A stretch of DNA of 64,000 nucleotides from a virus: positions 1 through 64,000 of the IMG/VR virus record IMGVR_UViG_3300022074_000021. The stretch is one strand, 5' to 3'. Below are positions 22,401-32,150 of this stretch, piece by piece (position 1 is the stretch's first letter; every line of letters starts with the position of its first letter). A model generated the notes under the pieces. It had not been told where the DNA came from and did no database searches. It worked only from the letters and a program-made list of their open reading frames with translations. A program made the position numbers and the translations under genes.

Positions 22401-22754
22401 ACCTAGAGCTTTTTGATCTGTTGTTACACTTTCATTACTCTTAAAAATATAAAAATATTTAGATGGTTGATTATCAGGTATCTCAAATCCAATTTTTGTA
22501 ACTAAAGATACAGCAGTATCTTGAGCAAGGGAAGATACAGATATAAAGTTAGATAGTTTATTTTTATCAGTTAAATAAAATGACGAGTAATTATTAATTT
22601 TACTATCACGCGCTCCGGAAAGAGCATCAATAAGATTAACATTTAACCCTTGCTCTAATGTCGATTTAGTTTGCTCAAATGATATAAATTTATCATTATA
22701 ATCCGCGGAAGGAAAAGAAACTGAACTAACAGAGTATGTATTGGTTGTCGCCAT
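19416..22754 (-). CDS. large virion structural protein (LamG/ConA-like segments)
   Basis: 1112 aa; LTFDGSTY...NFTLNF and FYNFTY...GNSTLYIN...FFIGS resemble LamG; baseplate cluster. Confidence 0.65.
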   Translation of the reverse strand: MATTNTYSVSSVSFPSADYNDKFISFEQTKSTLEQGLNVNLIDALSGARDSKINNYSSFYLTDKNKLSNFISVSSLAQDTAVSLVTKIGFEIPDNQPSKYFYIFKSNESVTTDQKALGIQPLNKTGLFQNNYFFEIEALNNNLCRIKHNDGLFDFYLNYNTNVDPTSGERINKFVFYRNTDDYKSIVREQSDVFRYVLDDDGYLQLFKFYNDVLNIVALSGDQLTLTPLLSGSLNRGISNLLHIDYSRDQNKQFINKSFANYNVRKASNLILDTVNSSLNEDGQYMLTTAYNTISADSFQLNYLTLDTNRSEFNFVKRGSNMIDSPNGLGHDPREYYNLNSGNNQEQGIDKINLNYTFYDKDIFIENGSDTFFVAPSSIYPYEKLNINDTQFVYNGSFAGPSPILSDKIFIRRQNTTQYDNGRYLCTWLSGNNLGEEGLWVDRYYYPDKISKKAALSSTPVYAPSFQDSVDTINIKVSDAIINKEKFFDKQSDAAIEPNIAIKYQRIGNSDIKDIVDSSAPLVSAFDMYNTSRIVRGETENYCTDVDTRELTFDGSTYTVFNVSDDIDKTKNFTLNFDMYLDPSNQYGFELLGNNTNRGFGIFQDQTVTPFIHVVSDQTLYIFNTDFELRNKIEFKTKIKQVFKRSALDDYIVTTSGNLFYKVNTQGNKIKLDCGSDILEYIGYYQMHNNIDFISSDQNVRRINTNTFAVSTLSAAEFDVYEKEFCLYDNVLEYNDAIYKLPGTNTNWENDSTVFYQVSDFIVKHNLDDAPEAFLKTNIKDFLVAQDKIYILKPTEYFVFNTSGILELSGSIGSITIPTPATETTVALSGGTFISMDWVNEYRNGINFQYPVLLAEGNDEKLYLSKGTMPSLTAAALSGVSFGHNTPATKLTNYNVINHLYDSSSIDFKLTLTNYLDTEDILTKTISFDPTNFEPGFYNFTYRLDTIQGNSTLYINAELYENQTFSPGKYMIQDIFSDEFFIGSTGFQSNMDLSTYLKQPGYYYTKDLTIRNPFIYDRAIDTELVYALYLVQQKLDNIVLSLPAGQRTSKTEIQQFFKFNRNNSSNQIDIVVRNLNITDITIREQIKASILAEAKDFTPVGVTINDVVFKDY

Positions 22755-22791
22755 TTACATACATATTTAATGGTACAATCATGAGACGCAA

Positions 22792-23313
22792 TCAATTATT
22801 CAAGAAAGTGATATAGGTAGCGTTATTAAATTTAGATTGCAAATTTGCTATAGTATTACTAGCCGAGGCTCCTATCATTTGAGTTGATGTAATTCCAAGC
22901 TTTTGTATATTATCATAATAGCTTTCACGAATTAATTTTATAGGTTGATTTATATTAGCGTAAAAGCCGTTATTATAATATATTAAAAACTGAGCAGTTA
23001 AATTAGTAAAAAATGAACTAACCGCAGGTACATAAGTATGTTCGTATTGATTCAAAATAGTTCCACCTACTTTACCGTATAAAACTTCATCAAAAATAGA
23101 TTTAGTTTTATAGTTAAATACAATATCTTTTTGTGCGTATTGTATATTACTTGAATCTCCCCAATTAATATCTAATGTAAGAGCTGAACTAGATGTTTCA
23201 GAGATTCCGGTAAGCACGAAATTTATTGTAGGTACTCCTTTAAACAATATCTCATCTCCAAAAACATTTATGTTTTGAGTTACTGATGACAGGTTAATAA
23301 AAATCGTGCTCAT
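22792..23313 (-). CDS. PKD-like structural protein
   Basis: LDINWGDS...YEHTY PKD-type signature. Confidence 0.6.
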   Translation of the reverse strand: MSTIFINLSSVTQNINVFGDEILFKGVPTINFVLTGISETSSSALTLDINWGDSSNIQYAQKDIVFNYKTKSIFDEVLYGKVGGTILNQYEHTYVPAVSSFFTNLTAQFLIYYNNGFYANINQPIKLIRESYYDNIQKLGITSTQMIGASASNTIANLQSKFNNATYITFLNN

Positions 23314-26231
23314 TATACATTAAAGGTAAAGTTTTTAGGATCTCTTGTAAAAGAACCGTTGCTTGCAGAAATTGAGTTAAAGTTAGTAGTATCTCCAAAT
23401 GTGGATGTTCTTGTAATATTATTTAGTGGTTCATATCTATTTGAATTTACAACGGAAAGTTTATTATCTGACATTTTAAAAGATACATCAACTATATGAG
23501 AAAAATCGTTTTTATCATTTACTATATACGTTAACTTAAACAAATCATTCAAACTATTATATGCAATGGTTGGTGTATGAACTGAATCTGGGGTATAGTT
23601 TCTAGCAGATAGTGATGGTATATTTAATTTGAAAGCACTAAGTGTTATATCAGTAGCTCCTTCTGGATATATCTTTCTTGATGTATTTTGTTGAATATTG
23701 TACTCATAAATTTCTGGATAAACAGCTTTATAGTTACTCGCTATTAGTCCGCAGGTATCATTTATATCATTACGAAAACGTGCAAAATAAACCATATTTG
23801 TATCCTCTACGTAGAAACGATTTGTAAATGCCTCTACTGTATTACCACTATTGACTGAATATAACGTATTAGTAGTGGCTGGTTGAGTAAATTTACCATT
23901 CTTATAACCTATTTTATCAATAATAAGAGTAGATTTGGTTTGAAGGAAAATAGTATTTTGGATAATATCAAAATCTATAAGATCTTGACTAATTTGATTT
24001 TGAACTGCAGTTGAATATTTTGTGATCGTTTTAGCTAGAGCAGATGATAGTGGCTCTGATGTTGAATAGCTACCATTCTTAACATATAGTTTTCCTTCAA
24101 AAGATTTTTGTTCTTCTTTAGTAAGTGAGACACCTGATGAGGTAAGATTAGAAACTACTGTTAATCCTCTAGAATCTCTACTATCTATATATCGATAATT
24201 ATCAGAATAAATAAAGTCATTAGGTAGAACAATTTCATCTGTAAAAAATCCACCTTCATATCTCTTATATTGACCTCCTGCCGAGAGGTAATATCTTACA
24301 TCAACGTCAAAAGTAAGTTCGGAGTTTTCTGTAATAATATTAAAAGCTGCTTCCGTGGTAATATCTGATAATGGTGTTTGATTGGTTTGTAGATCTACTG
24401 GAGTAGGAAATGTACCTTCTGCAAGAACTGTATAGTAATAATTAGTAGATGCGGGGTAACCTGGACCTAGCCCTGTAAGTGGGTTAGGAAGCTCTGAGCC
24501 GTCTAAAAAGGTAAAAGCGCCACCGTCTCGCCAATATGGTTTAATGTTCCTAGTATCCTGAATAAGTTCTTGATATGGATAGAATTCTCTCATATATAGA
24601 GTCAGCGGAGTACTTAAAGCTGTAAGGCCGTTTGTATATGTGCTAAGTCCAGACTTAATAGTAGTACCGGAAACACCGGTTGATGAGTAATTAAAATTAT
24701 AACCGTCATTTATATCAAAAAACAAGTGACCATTTAGCAATAAATTTTTAACTTGTGTAGATGCGCTTGTATCTATAGAATTTAAAGGTTCTTTTTTAAA
24801 TAGAGCATATTCATTACCATATATGTCGGTTTGATATTTATTAATTATTCCTTGATTATATAAATCAGTAAAATTTAACTTATAGCTAAGATCATTACGA
24901 TCTTTTAACTGGGTATCGTTACGCTCTTTTGTAGTATACGATTCAAAAGTAGTAGCTTTATTTGTAATTCTGGGGTCCCCAGCCGCTAGCCCACTGGATA
25001 CGTTTCTTGTATTGAACCTATAATCAAATTTGTAATATACTGGGTATACAGGCTGTGGGTTAATTGAAACATTACCGTACTGTGCTGGATCTGGAAAAAT
25101 ATATACATTTCCTGTGTCTAACGAAGTAGTATCTATTTCATACAAAAACGTTTCTGCTTGAAGTTTAAAAAGTCCGATATCATCTTCTTTAAAATTGAGA
25201 CCAACATCTCTCAAAAGTTTGGTTTGATTACTTTCAACTGTCGCTGTATCAACTCCTTGCAAATTGAGAGAATTAGCAGCAGGATTATCCGCCCCTACCA
25301 ATAACCCAGATGTTGCAGGGGTAGTAGTAGTATCAATATAGTATATATCAGTACCAATATATTTAGAAATTAATGATCTTTTTAAAGAATAAAATTGAGC
25401 AATTGATAAGCCACCTGTTTCATATTGATTGTATATTTGAACTAACTCGTTATCAGGATTACAAATAGCATCAAACTCGTCAGGAGTTAAAGAAGGTGGG
25501 TTAATTTTAAATGAGCGTAAATTAGTTAAAAAGTTATCACCAGAGGAAATAGCATTAATACCTGACGGATCTAAGTAATATTTGGTTTCAATTTCATTAA
25601 TATTATTACTATTCCCTGTATCCGGAAGATCGAAATAATCTCCGTATACATCAATAAACTCTTCAATCTCTATACCTAAATTTTCTACTGCTGCAAAAAC
25701 AGATTCATTTTCTGTATCAAGAGAGTCTTCTGTATTAAAGATAAAATTATAAATATTATCGAAAATTGCTTTCTCTAACCCCGAGGTACTACCTTTAATT
25801 TTATTTCTATCAATTACATATTTACCTTCATCACGTTTTTTCTTATAAAATAGCGCAATATCCTTAAGACGGTTAGCGAAAAATGGTATAGCTACATCTA
25901 AATCAGCAGGGTCGTTAAAATTTATTTTTTCAAGGAAACGTTTTTCTGTTTCCGTAGTGTAGTTAATAACAATTTCTTTAATAAACTGCCTATAATAATC
26001 TTTAAATAGAGTTTTTTGCTCTTCTTTTGAAGAACCTTGGGTGGAATACCAACTTTGCAGATAAGCACTATAGTATGAGCTGTACTCTTCCGGTGAATAG
26101 TCAGCCTGTGTATTATTAATAAAATCTAGAAAGGAAAACGGGGCAACAGTATCTCTATATACACCATCTGTTATATCAGGATTAGTGATAGAATACTTAA
26201 CTAGAACTGTTCTTATAGATTGGTCAGGCAT
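23313..26231 (-). CDS. large virion structural protein (baseplate region)
   Basis: 972 aa ORF translationally coupled within the late structural cluster. Confidence 0.65.
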   Translation of the reverse strand: MPDQSIRTVLVKYSITNPDITDGVYRDTVAPFSFLDFINNTQADYSPEEYSSYYSAYLQSWYSTQGSSKEEQKTLFKDYYRQFIKEIVINYTTETEKRFLEKINFNDPADLDVAIPFFANRLKDIALFYKKKRDEGKYVIDRNKIKGSTSGLEKAIFDNIYNFIFNTEDSLDTENESVFAAVENLGIEIEEFIDVYGDYFDLPDTGNSNNINEIETKYYLDPSGINAISSGDNFLTNLRSFKINPPSLTPDEFDAICNPDNELVQIYNQYETGGLSIAQFYSLKRSLISKYIGTDIYYIDTTTTPATSGLLVGADNPAANSLNLQGVDTATVESNQTKLLRDVGLNFKEDDIGLFKLQAETFLYEIDTTSLDTGNVYIFPDPAQYGNVSINPQPVYPVYYKFDYRFNTRNVSSGLAAGDPRITNKATTFESYTTKERNDTQLKDRNDLSYKLNFTDLYNQGIINKYQTDIYGNEYALFKKEPLNSIDTSASTQVKNLLLNGHLFFDINDGYNFNYSSTGVSGTTIKSGLSTYTNGLTALSTPLTLYMREFYPYQELIQDTRNIKPYWRDGGAFTFLDGSELPNPLTGLGPGYPASTNYYYTVLAEGTFPTPVDLQTNQTPLSDITTEAAFNIITENSELTFDVDVRYYLSAGGQYKRYEGGFFTDEIVLPNDFIYSDNYRYIDSRDSRGLTVVSNLTSSGVSLTKEEQKSFEGKLYVKNGSYSTSEPLSSALAKTITKYSTAVQNQISQDLIDFDIIQNTIFLQTKSTLIIDKIGYKNGKFTQPATTNTLYSVNSGNTVEAFTNRFYVEDTNMVYFARFRNDINDTCGLIASNYKAVYPEIYEYNIQQNTSRKIYPEGATDITLSAFKLNIPSLSARNYTPDSVHTPTIAYNSLNDLFKLTYIVNDKNDFSHIVDVSFKMSDNKLSVVNSNRYEPLNNITRTSTFGDTTNFNSISASNGSFTRDPKNFTFNV

Positions 26232-26236
26232 AATTA

Positions 26237-28465
26237 TTAATCTTCAAAAAGTTTGAGGCCTTCATACAAGGATTGTGAAAAAATATTTGACATAGTACCG
26301 TTATTTTTTGACCAATCGTTATAAGAAGTTAAAGTGTAAGAAATAGTATTATTAGGATCTGTAAAGTCAATTATAGAGTCTTCAATATCTGTAGTTACGT
26401 CTTTCTGATAATAAAAATTATAAATATCAAAAAGATCGCGACCCCCGCCTGTTATTAGCGGCCATCCCCATGTTGAATTGTAATCACTTAATCTGTAAAA
26501 TGTTGAGCTAGCAGAGAGAGGTTGAGTAAAGATCTCAACATCATTTTCCGTAGCTATTGCACATTGATTAAATTGCTCTATAGTAATAAATGTACCAGTG
26601 TCAAGCTGATCGGATGTTGCTGATATTAACTGACCGGTGGAAGTGCCATATACAAATCCGGTTGTAGTAGCAATGGTAGGAGTAGTTCTAGCACTTAATG
26701 GTAAAGTAGTGTTTAGAGTAATAAACTTCCCACTATACTTTTCTGCTGCCACTATTGATTGTCCAGCCACTATAGTACTACCTGCTGTTAGTTTATTACC
26801 TAAATTATAACCGTAAAACTCACTATCACTATAGCCGTAAGATTGATAATGGGTTTGATTTCTATTGCGCTTACCAAATAATTGTGATTTACTAATAGAA
26901 AGTAAGTCAATAAGTCTATTTAATTTAGCTGGAAAAGAATACTTATTTAATTCCGGTAAATTAAGCATTTGCAAAATACTATCTAACTCATCAACATTAC
27001 TTTCATCTATTGAAGAGTTGTTACTAAAGAAATTTTGAATCTTTTCATATGTTGCTTTACCAATAGCATCTTGAGTTGAGCTTAAATCACCAAAGATAGA
27101 TCCTAAAAAATCACTCATTAAAATTTTAGAATCGGTAAATAACGGTTGGATTGCAATATCTTTAAAGGTTTGTTTAAAGTCAATATTTTCCCCTTCTTTA
27201 GCAATAGTATAAAAACTACTTGGATATATCGTAAAAGTATTACTAGCTCCAGATATTACATTACCTAGATAAGTAGTATGACCGGAAAGATAAACATTCT
27301 CTAATGTTGAAGCATTATTACTTACAAAATAACCCTTGTAAAAACCACCTGTATCTAATGTAGATAGAGTCAGAAAATTAGAGGTAAATTCAACATTATA
27401 ATTAGTAGTACCGTTAGTTAAAACAAGATTTAACACTTGACCACTATTAGCACTTAACAATGGCATATTTTTTTGAGTAAAATTATTCGTATCTTTAACT
27501 TTAGTAACAAATGCAATTTTTGTAGTTGCAAACTTTGTTGTACTAATATCAAAAGTTGAAAGGGTATTACCTACACCTTCACCGTCTATACCATTAGAAG
27601 TAAACGATAATCTATCATATGTATTGTTGGACTCGATAGTAGCAGATACACCATAATTTGTTGTATTAGCATATTTAAAAATATCACCATGCTTATAACC
27701 AAAAGTAAGATTATAGGTACCTGGAAAATCACTTTTAAAATATACATCAGCTGTACCAGTTAAACCAGCATAAAATGCTTCAGGATCTGTTTTATCAACT
27801 GATACAATTTCAGTACTACTTAATTTAATATAGATAGGGGTATTATCAGTTATTATATTGTTAACATCTATATTTTCAACAACCCCAGATGTAGTTAATG
27901 TTTGAACAAATGATGAATATGGTTTAAGATGGCCATACGTCTCGTCATTATAGCTATTACGAAAGTAATCATTATCTGACCCGGCTGAAGAGTATGCTAC
28001 TATAGACGGTAAATTATTTTTAACAGACCTATAGGAATTGTATCTATTAATAGTGATAGGAGCTTGTAACTGACCAGTATTGGCTGATAATATAGAACTA
28101 GCGCTAATTGTTAACGTATCCTCAATATAGTCCTTAATATTTACTTTTGATGAAAAGGTATCTAAATAACCGGTACCATTTTCATCATATAAATAACATG
28201 TAACTTTATATCTACCGGGAGTTTCATAAGAATGTGAAGCAGTAACACTTTCTACCGTTGTACCATCTCCAAAATCCCATACTACTCTTTTATTAGATAC
28301 AAAATCTTCTATACCATCAGTTAAGTTTGGTATAAATGAAAGAGGTGTAAATGGTAATGCATAGCTCTCGTATGTCTCCACGTTTTTATAATCACGCACG
28401 TGGAAAAAATTATATAGCAAATCGAATTCACCGGAGGAATCGAGTTGTAAAGAACTTAGCGACAT
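26237..28465 (-). CDS. PKD-domain baseplate-associated protein (gp7-position candidate)
   Basis: VWDFGDGT...ASHSYETPGRYKVT PKD motif; directly downstream of gp6; TAAATA 6 nt upstream. Confidence 0.7.
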   Translation of the reverse strand: MSLSSLQLDSSGEFDLLYNFFHVRDYKNVETYESYALPFTPLSFIPNLTDGIEDFVSNKRVVWDFGDGTTVESVTASHSYETPGRYKVTCYLYDENGTGYLDTFSSKVNIKDYIEDTLTISASSILSANTGQLQAPITINRYNSYRSVKNNLPSIVAYSSAGSDNDYFRNSYNDETYGHLKPYSSFVQTLTTSGVVENIDVNNIITDNTPIYIKLSSTEIVSVDKTDPEAFYAGLTGTADVYFKSDFPGTYNLTFGYKHGDIFKYANTTNYGVSATIESNNTYDRLSFTSNGIDGEGVGNTLSTFDISTTKFATTKIAFVTKVKDTNNFTQKNMPLLSANSGQVLNLVLTNGTTNYNVEFTSNFLTLSTLDTGGFYKGYFVSNNASTLENVYLSGHTTYLGNVISGASNTFTIYPSSFYTIAKEGENIDFKQTFKDIAIQPLFTDSKILMSDFLGSIFGDLSSTQDAIGKATYEKIQNFFSNNSSIDESNVDELDSILQMLNLPELNKYSFPAKLNRLIDLLSISKSQLFGKRNRNQTHYQSYGYSDSEFYGYNLGNKLTAGSTIVAGQSIVAAEKYSGKFITLNTTLPLSARTTPTIATTTGFVYGTSTGQLISATSDQLDTGTFITIEQFNQCAIATENDVEIFTQPLSASSTFYRLSDYNSTWGWPLITGGGRDLFDIYNFYYQKDVTTDIEDSIIDFTDPNNTISYTLTSYNDWSKNNGTMSNIFSQSLYEGLKLFED

Positions 28466-28480
28466 ATAACATATTTAATC

Positions 28481-30307
28481 TTACAATCGTCGTATAGCAA
28501 TCTTATTCGTGATATTCTGAGGATTGTAAAAGTACGCAAATTGGAAATCTTCTAATTGATAATTTAATGACTGTAAAACATTATCTTCTTCTTTATAATC
28601 AGGATTCCATATGATAAAATTTAAATTAGGAACTACACTATCACCATTAATAGTGTCGATAGCTGTAACACCCGGTATATTAAGAATATCCGTTGTAAGA
28701 TTAGCAACTGATACTATACTACCTAATTGAACATTATTAAAATAATTGTTAATGATATTATAAATCGAAGATCTAACTGCACCATCATTAATAGCTTGAT
28801 TTTTATCTAAAGTTACTCGTAGAGATGAGTTATTAACAGTATCATCAACTGAATCATCATTAGAATTTGGTGCACCAAAAGCAAATGCTTTAAAAATCGC
28901 ATCAGAAATAACTACATTTTGTGTTACATCTTTTTTACTATTGCAGAATTCTGTAATAAGTTGCTTTTGTGCTGGATTCAAATAGTTCGGAGTTAGTCCG
29001 TTTAATGTAGGATTACTGTCAGGAACTGTATATACGTATACATTATTAAAGGAAGTAGAAGAAGAAAAAAGCACTTGCGAATATAAAACACGAGCATCAT
29101 CATTACCATTTGCTAATCCTATTTCATTGTAATAGGATAATACTTTTGATGTGTAATCTAAATTAGATAAAATTTTAACATCGCGTGTTATATTATTAAA
29201 GTTTCTATTAATTTGGTACTCATAATCATTCTTTGTAACTAAACGATTTTGAGAAGCAAAAACTTTTGGTGCGTTACGTCTTATTTCTGCAACAGTTTCA
29301 GCTACCTTAGTTGGGGATGAAGCAAATTGATTATTAACAAGAATATCACCAAGCTGGGAAGGCACTATCAGTGTTTGATCAGTAGAATATATAATATTTT
29401 TAATAGCATTAAAGTTTGGAGATCCATATAAATTAAATGAACTATTTGTAAGGGCATTAGGGTTTATTATACCAGCTTCGTTATCAGAGGTAACATAATA
29501 GATAATTACTGTATCATTAGCTTCTAATTGCTTACCGTTCAAATTATTACCAAATTTAAACTCATAATTACCACTACCATTAAGACGCTTTTCATATTTT
29601 TTAGCATCAGACTCTTCTAAAAACAACGAAGGAGTTTCAGTATATTCTGACCAAGATCCTGTTGTGTTATTTTGTACAAATATGTTAAAAGTATTATCAC
29701 TAACAAAATTTGTATTACTAACATTAGATACACTCTGTTTAAATTGTTTAGATGTAAACGTATCAACTAAAATAATATTTTCATAAGGCTCACCAGTTGC
29801 ATTAAACGTTGTTTCTGTTACAGCTCCTTGATAGAGAGTACTATTGGAAGTAGGTACAATTTCTAACGTATTATCGGTCGTTTTCTCAAATGTAATATCG
29901 TCTGTGGCAACATACGTGCTACCATTTGTGGCTATAGAACTAAATCTAGGAATTGTATATACGTTTGAAGTTAAATTTACTGCGGAAAGAGATATGTTAA
30001 CTAAAGATGTTTGATCACCCAGTGGGTTATATCCTATATTAGATACCAACTTATTCATGTTTTCATAAATAGTCGCAGTATTAAAAGCAGATTCATTTGA
30101 AGTTGTGTTTAACTGAAACAATAACACGTGATACATATAAGCTACTACATCAATAAACGCACTAAAATTTGATCCCTCAAAGTTTTGATCTGTAAATATT
30201 TCGTTCTCATTAAGCCTATCAATTATTAACCCCTTTAAAGAGTTGGCGTCAAAAGTGAGATAAGCATTCTTTGGAAGGCTGTAGTCTGTAAAATCTTGAA
30301 GGCTCAT
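28481..30307 (-). CDS. gp6: baseplate wedge subunit gp6
   Basis: FTDQNFEGSNFS..IDV.AY, FGN...GK, and ETVAEIRRNAP..FASQNRLVTKNDY motifs. Confidence 0.9.
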   Translation of the reverse strand: MSLQDFTDYSLPKNAYLTFDANSLKGLIIDRLNENEIFTDQNFEGSNFSAFIDVVAYMYHVLLFQLNTTSNESAFNTATIYENMNKLVSNIGYNPLGDQTSLVNISLSAVNLTSNVYTIPRFSSIATNGSTYVATDDITFEKTTDNTLEIVPTSNSTLYQGAVTETTFNATGEPYENIILVDTFTSKQFKQSVSNVSNTNFVSDNTFNIFVQNNTTGSWSEYTETPSLFLEESDAKKYEKRLNGSGNYEFKFGNNLNGKQLEANDTVIIYYVTSDNEAGIINPNALTNSSFNLYGSPNFNAIKNIIYSTDQTLIVPSQLGDILVNNQFASSPTKVAETVAEIRRNAPKVFASQNRLVTKNDYEYQINRNFNNITRDVKILSNLDYTSKVLSYYNEIGLANGNDDARVLYSQVLFSSSTSFNNVYVYTVPDSNPTLNGLTPNYLNPAQKQLITEFCNSKKDVTQNVVISDAIFKAFAFGAPNSNDDSVDDTVNNSSLRVTLDKNQAINDGAVRSSIYNIINNYFNNVQLGSIVSVANLTTDILNIPGVTAIDTINGDSVVPNLNFIIWNPDYKEEDNVLQSLNYQLEDFQFAYFYNPQNITNKIAIRRL

Positions 30308-30333
30308 TGTATATATTTAATCTAGCGGCTTTA

Positions 30334-30819
30334 TTATACTATAACGTAGCCATCTTTATTAAGAGTGGCATTTAAAGAAAGCTCGTTAATATCAAGTTTT
30401 GGAATACTAAACCCAATTTCAATATCATATTGATTATTATCCGGGTTACTAGTAATACGAACTTCATTAAGAGATATACGCGGTTCTTGTACCCCTAGAT
30501 TTAAATAAATAAATTGCCCTAAAAAGTATGAAGTAGTCGTATTAATAGGTTCGAAAAGATAGCTTCTAAAATCTAAACCTAGTAAAGGATTTAGTAGTTT
30601 TTGACCGGGGGTTGTGGTTAATATATTTTTAACTGAGTTAATAACAGCTCGACCATCTTGTAATTCAGCAAGATCTTTTGGCCCGGATGTAGAGTATAAC
30701 TCAGGCTTAACGAAGCGCGAGAATTCTAAATCAAATTTTATATCTTTATATAAGTAGCCCTCCTCTAGAGATTTTTGCTCAAGAGGCGTTCTTTCTAAAT
30801 TATCTAATCTTACTACCAT
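30334..30819 (-). CDS. gp25: baseplate wedge subunit gp25
   Basis: YKDI..D, AVINSVKNILTTTPGQKLLNP.LG....LFEP, EPRI. Confidence 0.9.
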   Translation of the reverse strand: MVVRLDNLERTPLEQKSLEEGYLYKDIKFDLEFSRFVKPELYSTSGPKDLAELQDGRAVINSVKNILTTTPGQKLLNPLLGLDFRSYLFEPINTTTSYFLGQFIYLNLGVQEPRISLNEVRITSNPDNNQYDIEIGFSIPKLDINELSLNATLNKDGYVIV

Positions 30820-30859
30820 AAATTTGTATAATTATTTATCTAAAGGACTAAATAATAGT

Positions 30860-31363
30860 ATGGCTAAAGACAAAAAATTTCTCCATCTATTTGAGTATTA
30901 TATGGCAAAATATCCTGCTCGTGGGATCCAAAGTGGATTTCAGCAGAATGACGTTTTTAAGTTCAATGATAATTTTAAAAGTGATGAAGTTTACGGAGAT
31001 CTTCCAACTAACGTAAAAGAAATTATTGACGATTTTATCGATACTGGTTTACATCTACGGGTAAGAGGTATTAGCCCGGAAGGTGATAAATTAACGTTAT
31101 CTGTTGATCATGGTGGTGGACGATATGTCGGAACAGTTGATGTTCCTTGTCATCTAGGTGAACCTGTTGATTTCGGTGTTAACTTACCATCTATACCCGA
31201 TACTCAAAAGCGTAAGGATGATGTTAATATTACTCCTAAAGAAGTTGAGCAAGATGACGAAAACTTATCTAATAAAACAGATAAAGGAGATGGTAAACTT
31301 ACAGAAACAGAGATTACTTTAAAGAAAGAAAGTTATGTAGCTGACCTGTACTTACCTGAATGA
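30860..31363 (+). CDS. hypothetical late protein
   Basis: Start moved to ATG 30860 (MAKDKKF) because TAAATA is at 30849-30854; ends in TGA. Confidence 0.7.
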   Translation: MAKDKKFLHLFEYYMAKYPARGIQSGFQQNDVFKFNDNFKSDEVYGDLPTNVKEIIDDFIDTGLHLRVRGISPEGDKLTLSVDHGGGRYVGTVDVPCHLGEPVDFGVNLPSIPDTQKRKDDVNITPKEVEQDDENLSNKTDKGDGKLTETEITLKKESYVADLYLPE

Positions 31364-31438
31364 TATGTAAAGGAGCAAAAACAACGTAGTGAGCTCCTAT
31401 ACGCATACGGTCAGTATTGGTAACATATAAGCGAAATT

Positions 31439-32131
31439 ATGACTCAGCAATTTGATGAAGGTTATAAAGAGATACTTATGGGGCTACTATCTTTAGGCGC
31501 TACCGCTTATGAAACTGACTACATTCTCAAAGCTCTTAAAGAAAGACCGGAGCCTATAGAGCAAAAGATAGATGCTGTTGAAAAAGCTGATGAATTAATA
31601 GCTTCTCCTAAATTTGATAAAGTAGCATCTGAATTACTACAACAGCTTAAAATCGAAAAACCACCAACGGAGATTACTTCTAAGCTTGATAATATTCCAG
31701 ACAAAGGCTCGACAGAATATATTCTTAATCGATTGACTGATGGTGGGTTAACAAAAACTGCTGCTATAGGGGTAGTGGCAAATTTGAAAGCAGAATCTAA
31801 TTTAAATCCAGCTATCAAACAACTTGATGGTGGTCCGGGCCGCGGGCTAGCACAATGGGAAAAAGGTGGTAGGTATGATACTGATCCCATTAACTTAACA
31901 AAATTTGCTAAAAGTAGAGGCACAGATTGGAATAATCTCGATACACAAATAGATTTCATTTTATATGAAATGGAAAAACATCCAGAATATAAAAAGGTGA
32001 AGCAGATGTTAAATCAAACAGACAATGTTAAGGATGCTACTATGATTTTCTTAAAACGGTATGAAAAAGCCGGTACACCACATACTAAAAAGCGGTTGAA
32101 ATATGCTACAGAACTAGAGGATATTATATAG
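31439..32131 (+). CDS. phage tail lysozyme-family peptidoglycan hydrolase
   Basis: GLTK.AA.GVVANL.AES.LNP...GPGRGLAQW...Q.DFI..E...F...YE.AG...R..YA (Phage_lysozyme2-type); N-terminal EG.K plus hydrophobic segment. Confidence 0.85.
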   Translation: MTQQFDEGYKEILMGLLSLGATAYETDYILKALKERPEPIEQKIDAVEKADELIASPKFDKVASELLQQLKIEKPPTEITSKLDNIPDKGSTEYILNRLTDGGLTKTAAIGVVANLKAESNLNPAIKQLDGGPGRGLAQWEKGGRYDTDPINLTKFAKSRGTDWNNLDTQIDFILYEMEKHPEYKKVKQMLNQTDNVKDATMIFLKRYEKAGTPHTKKRLKYATELEDII

Positions 32132-32150
32132 TTTGTGTATAAATATATGT

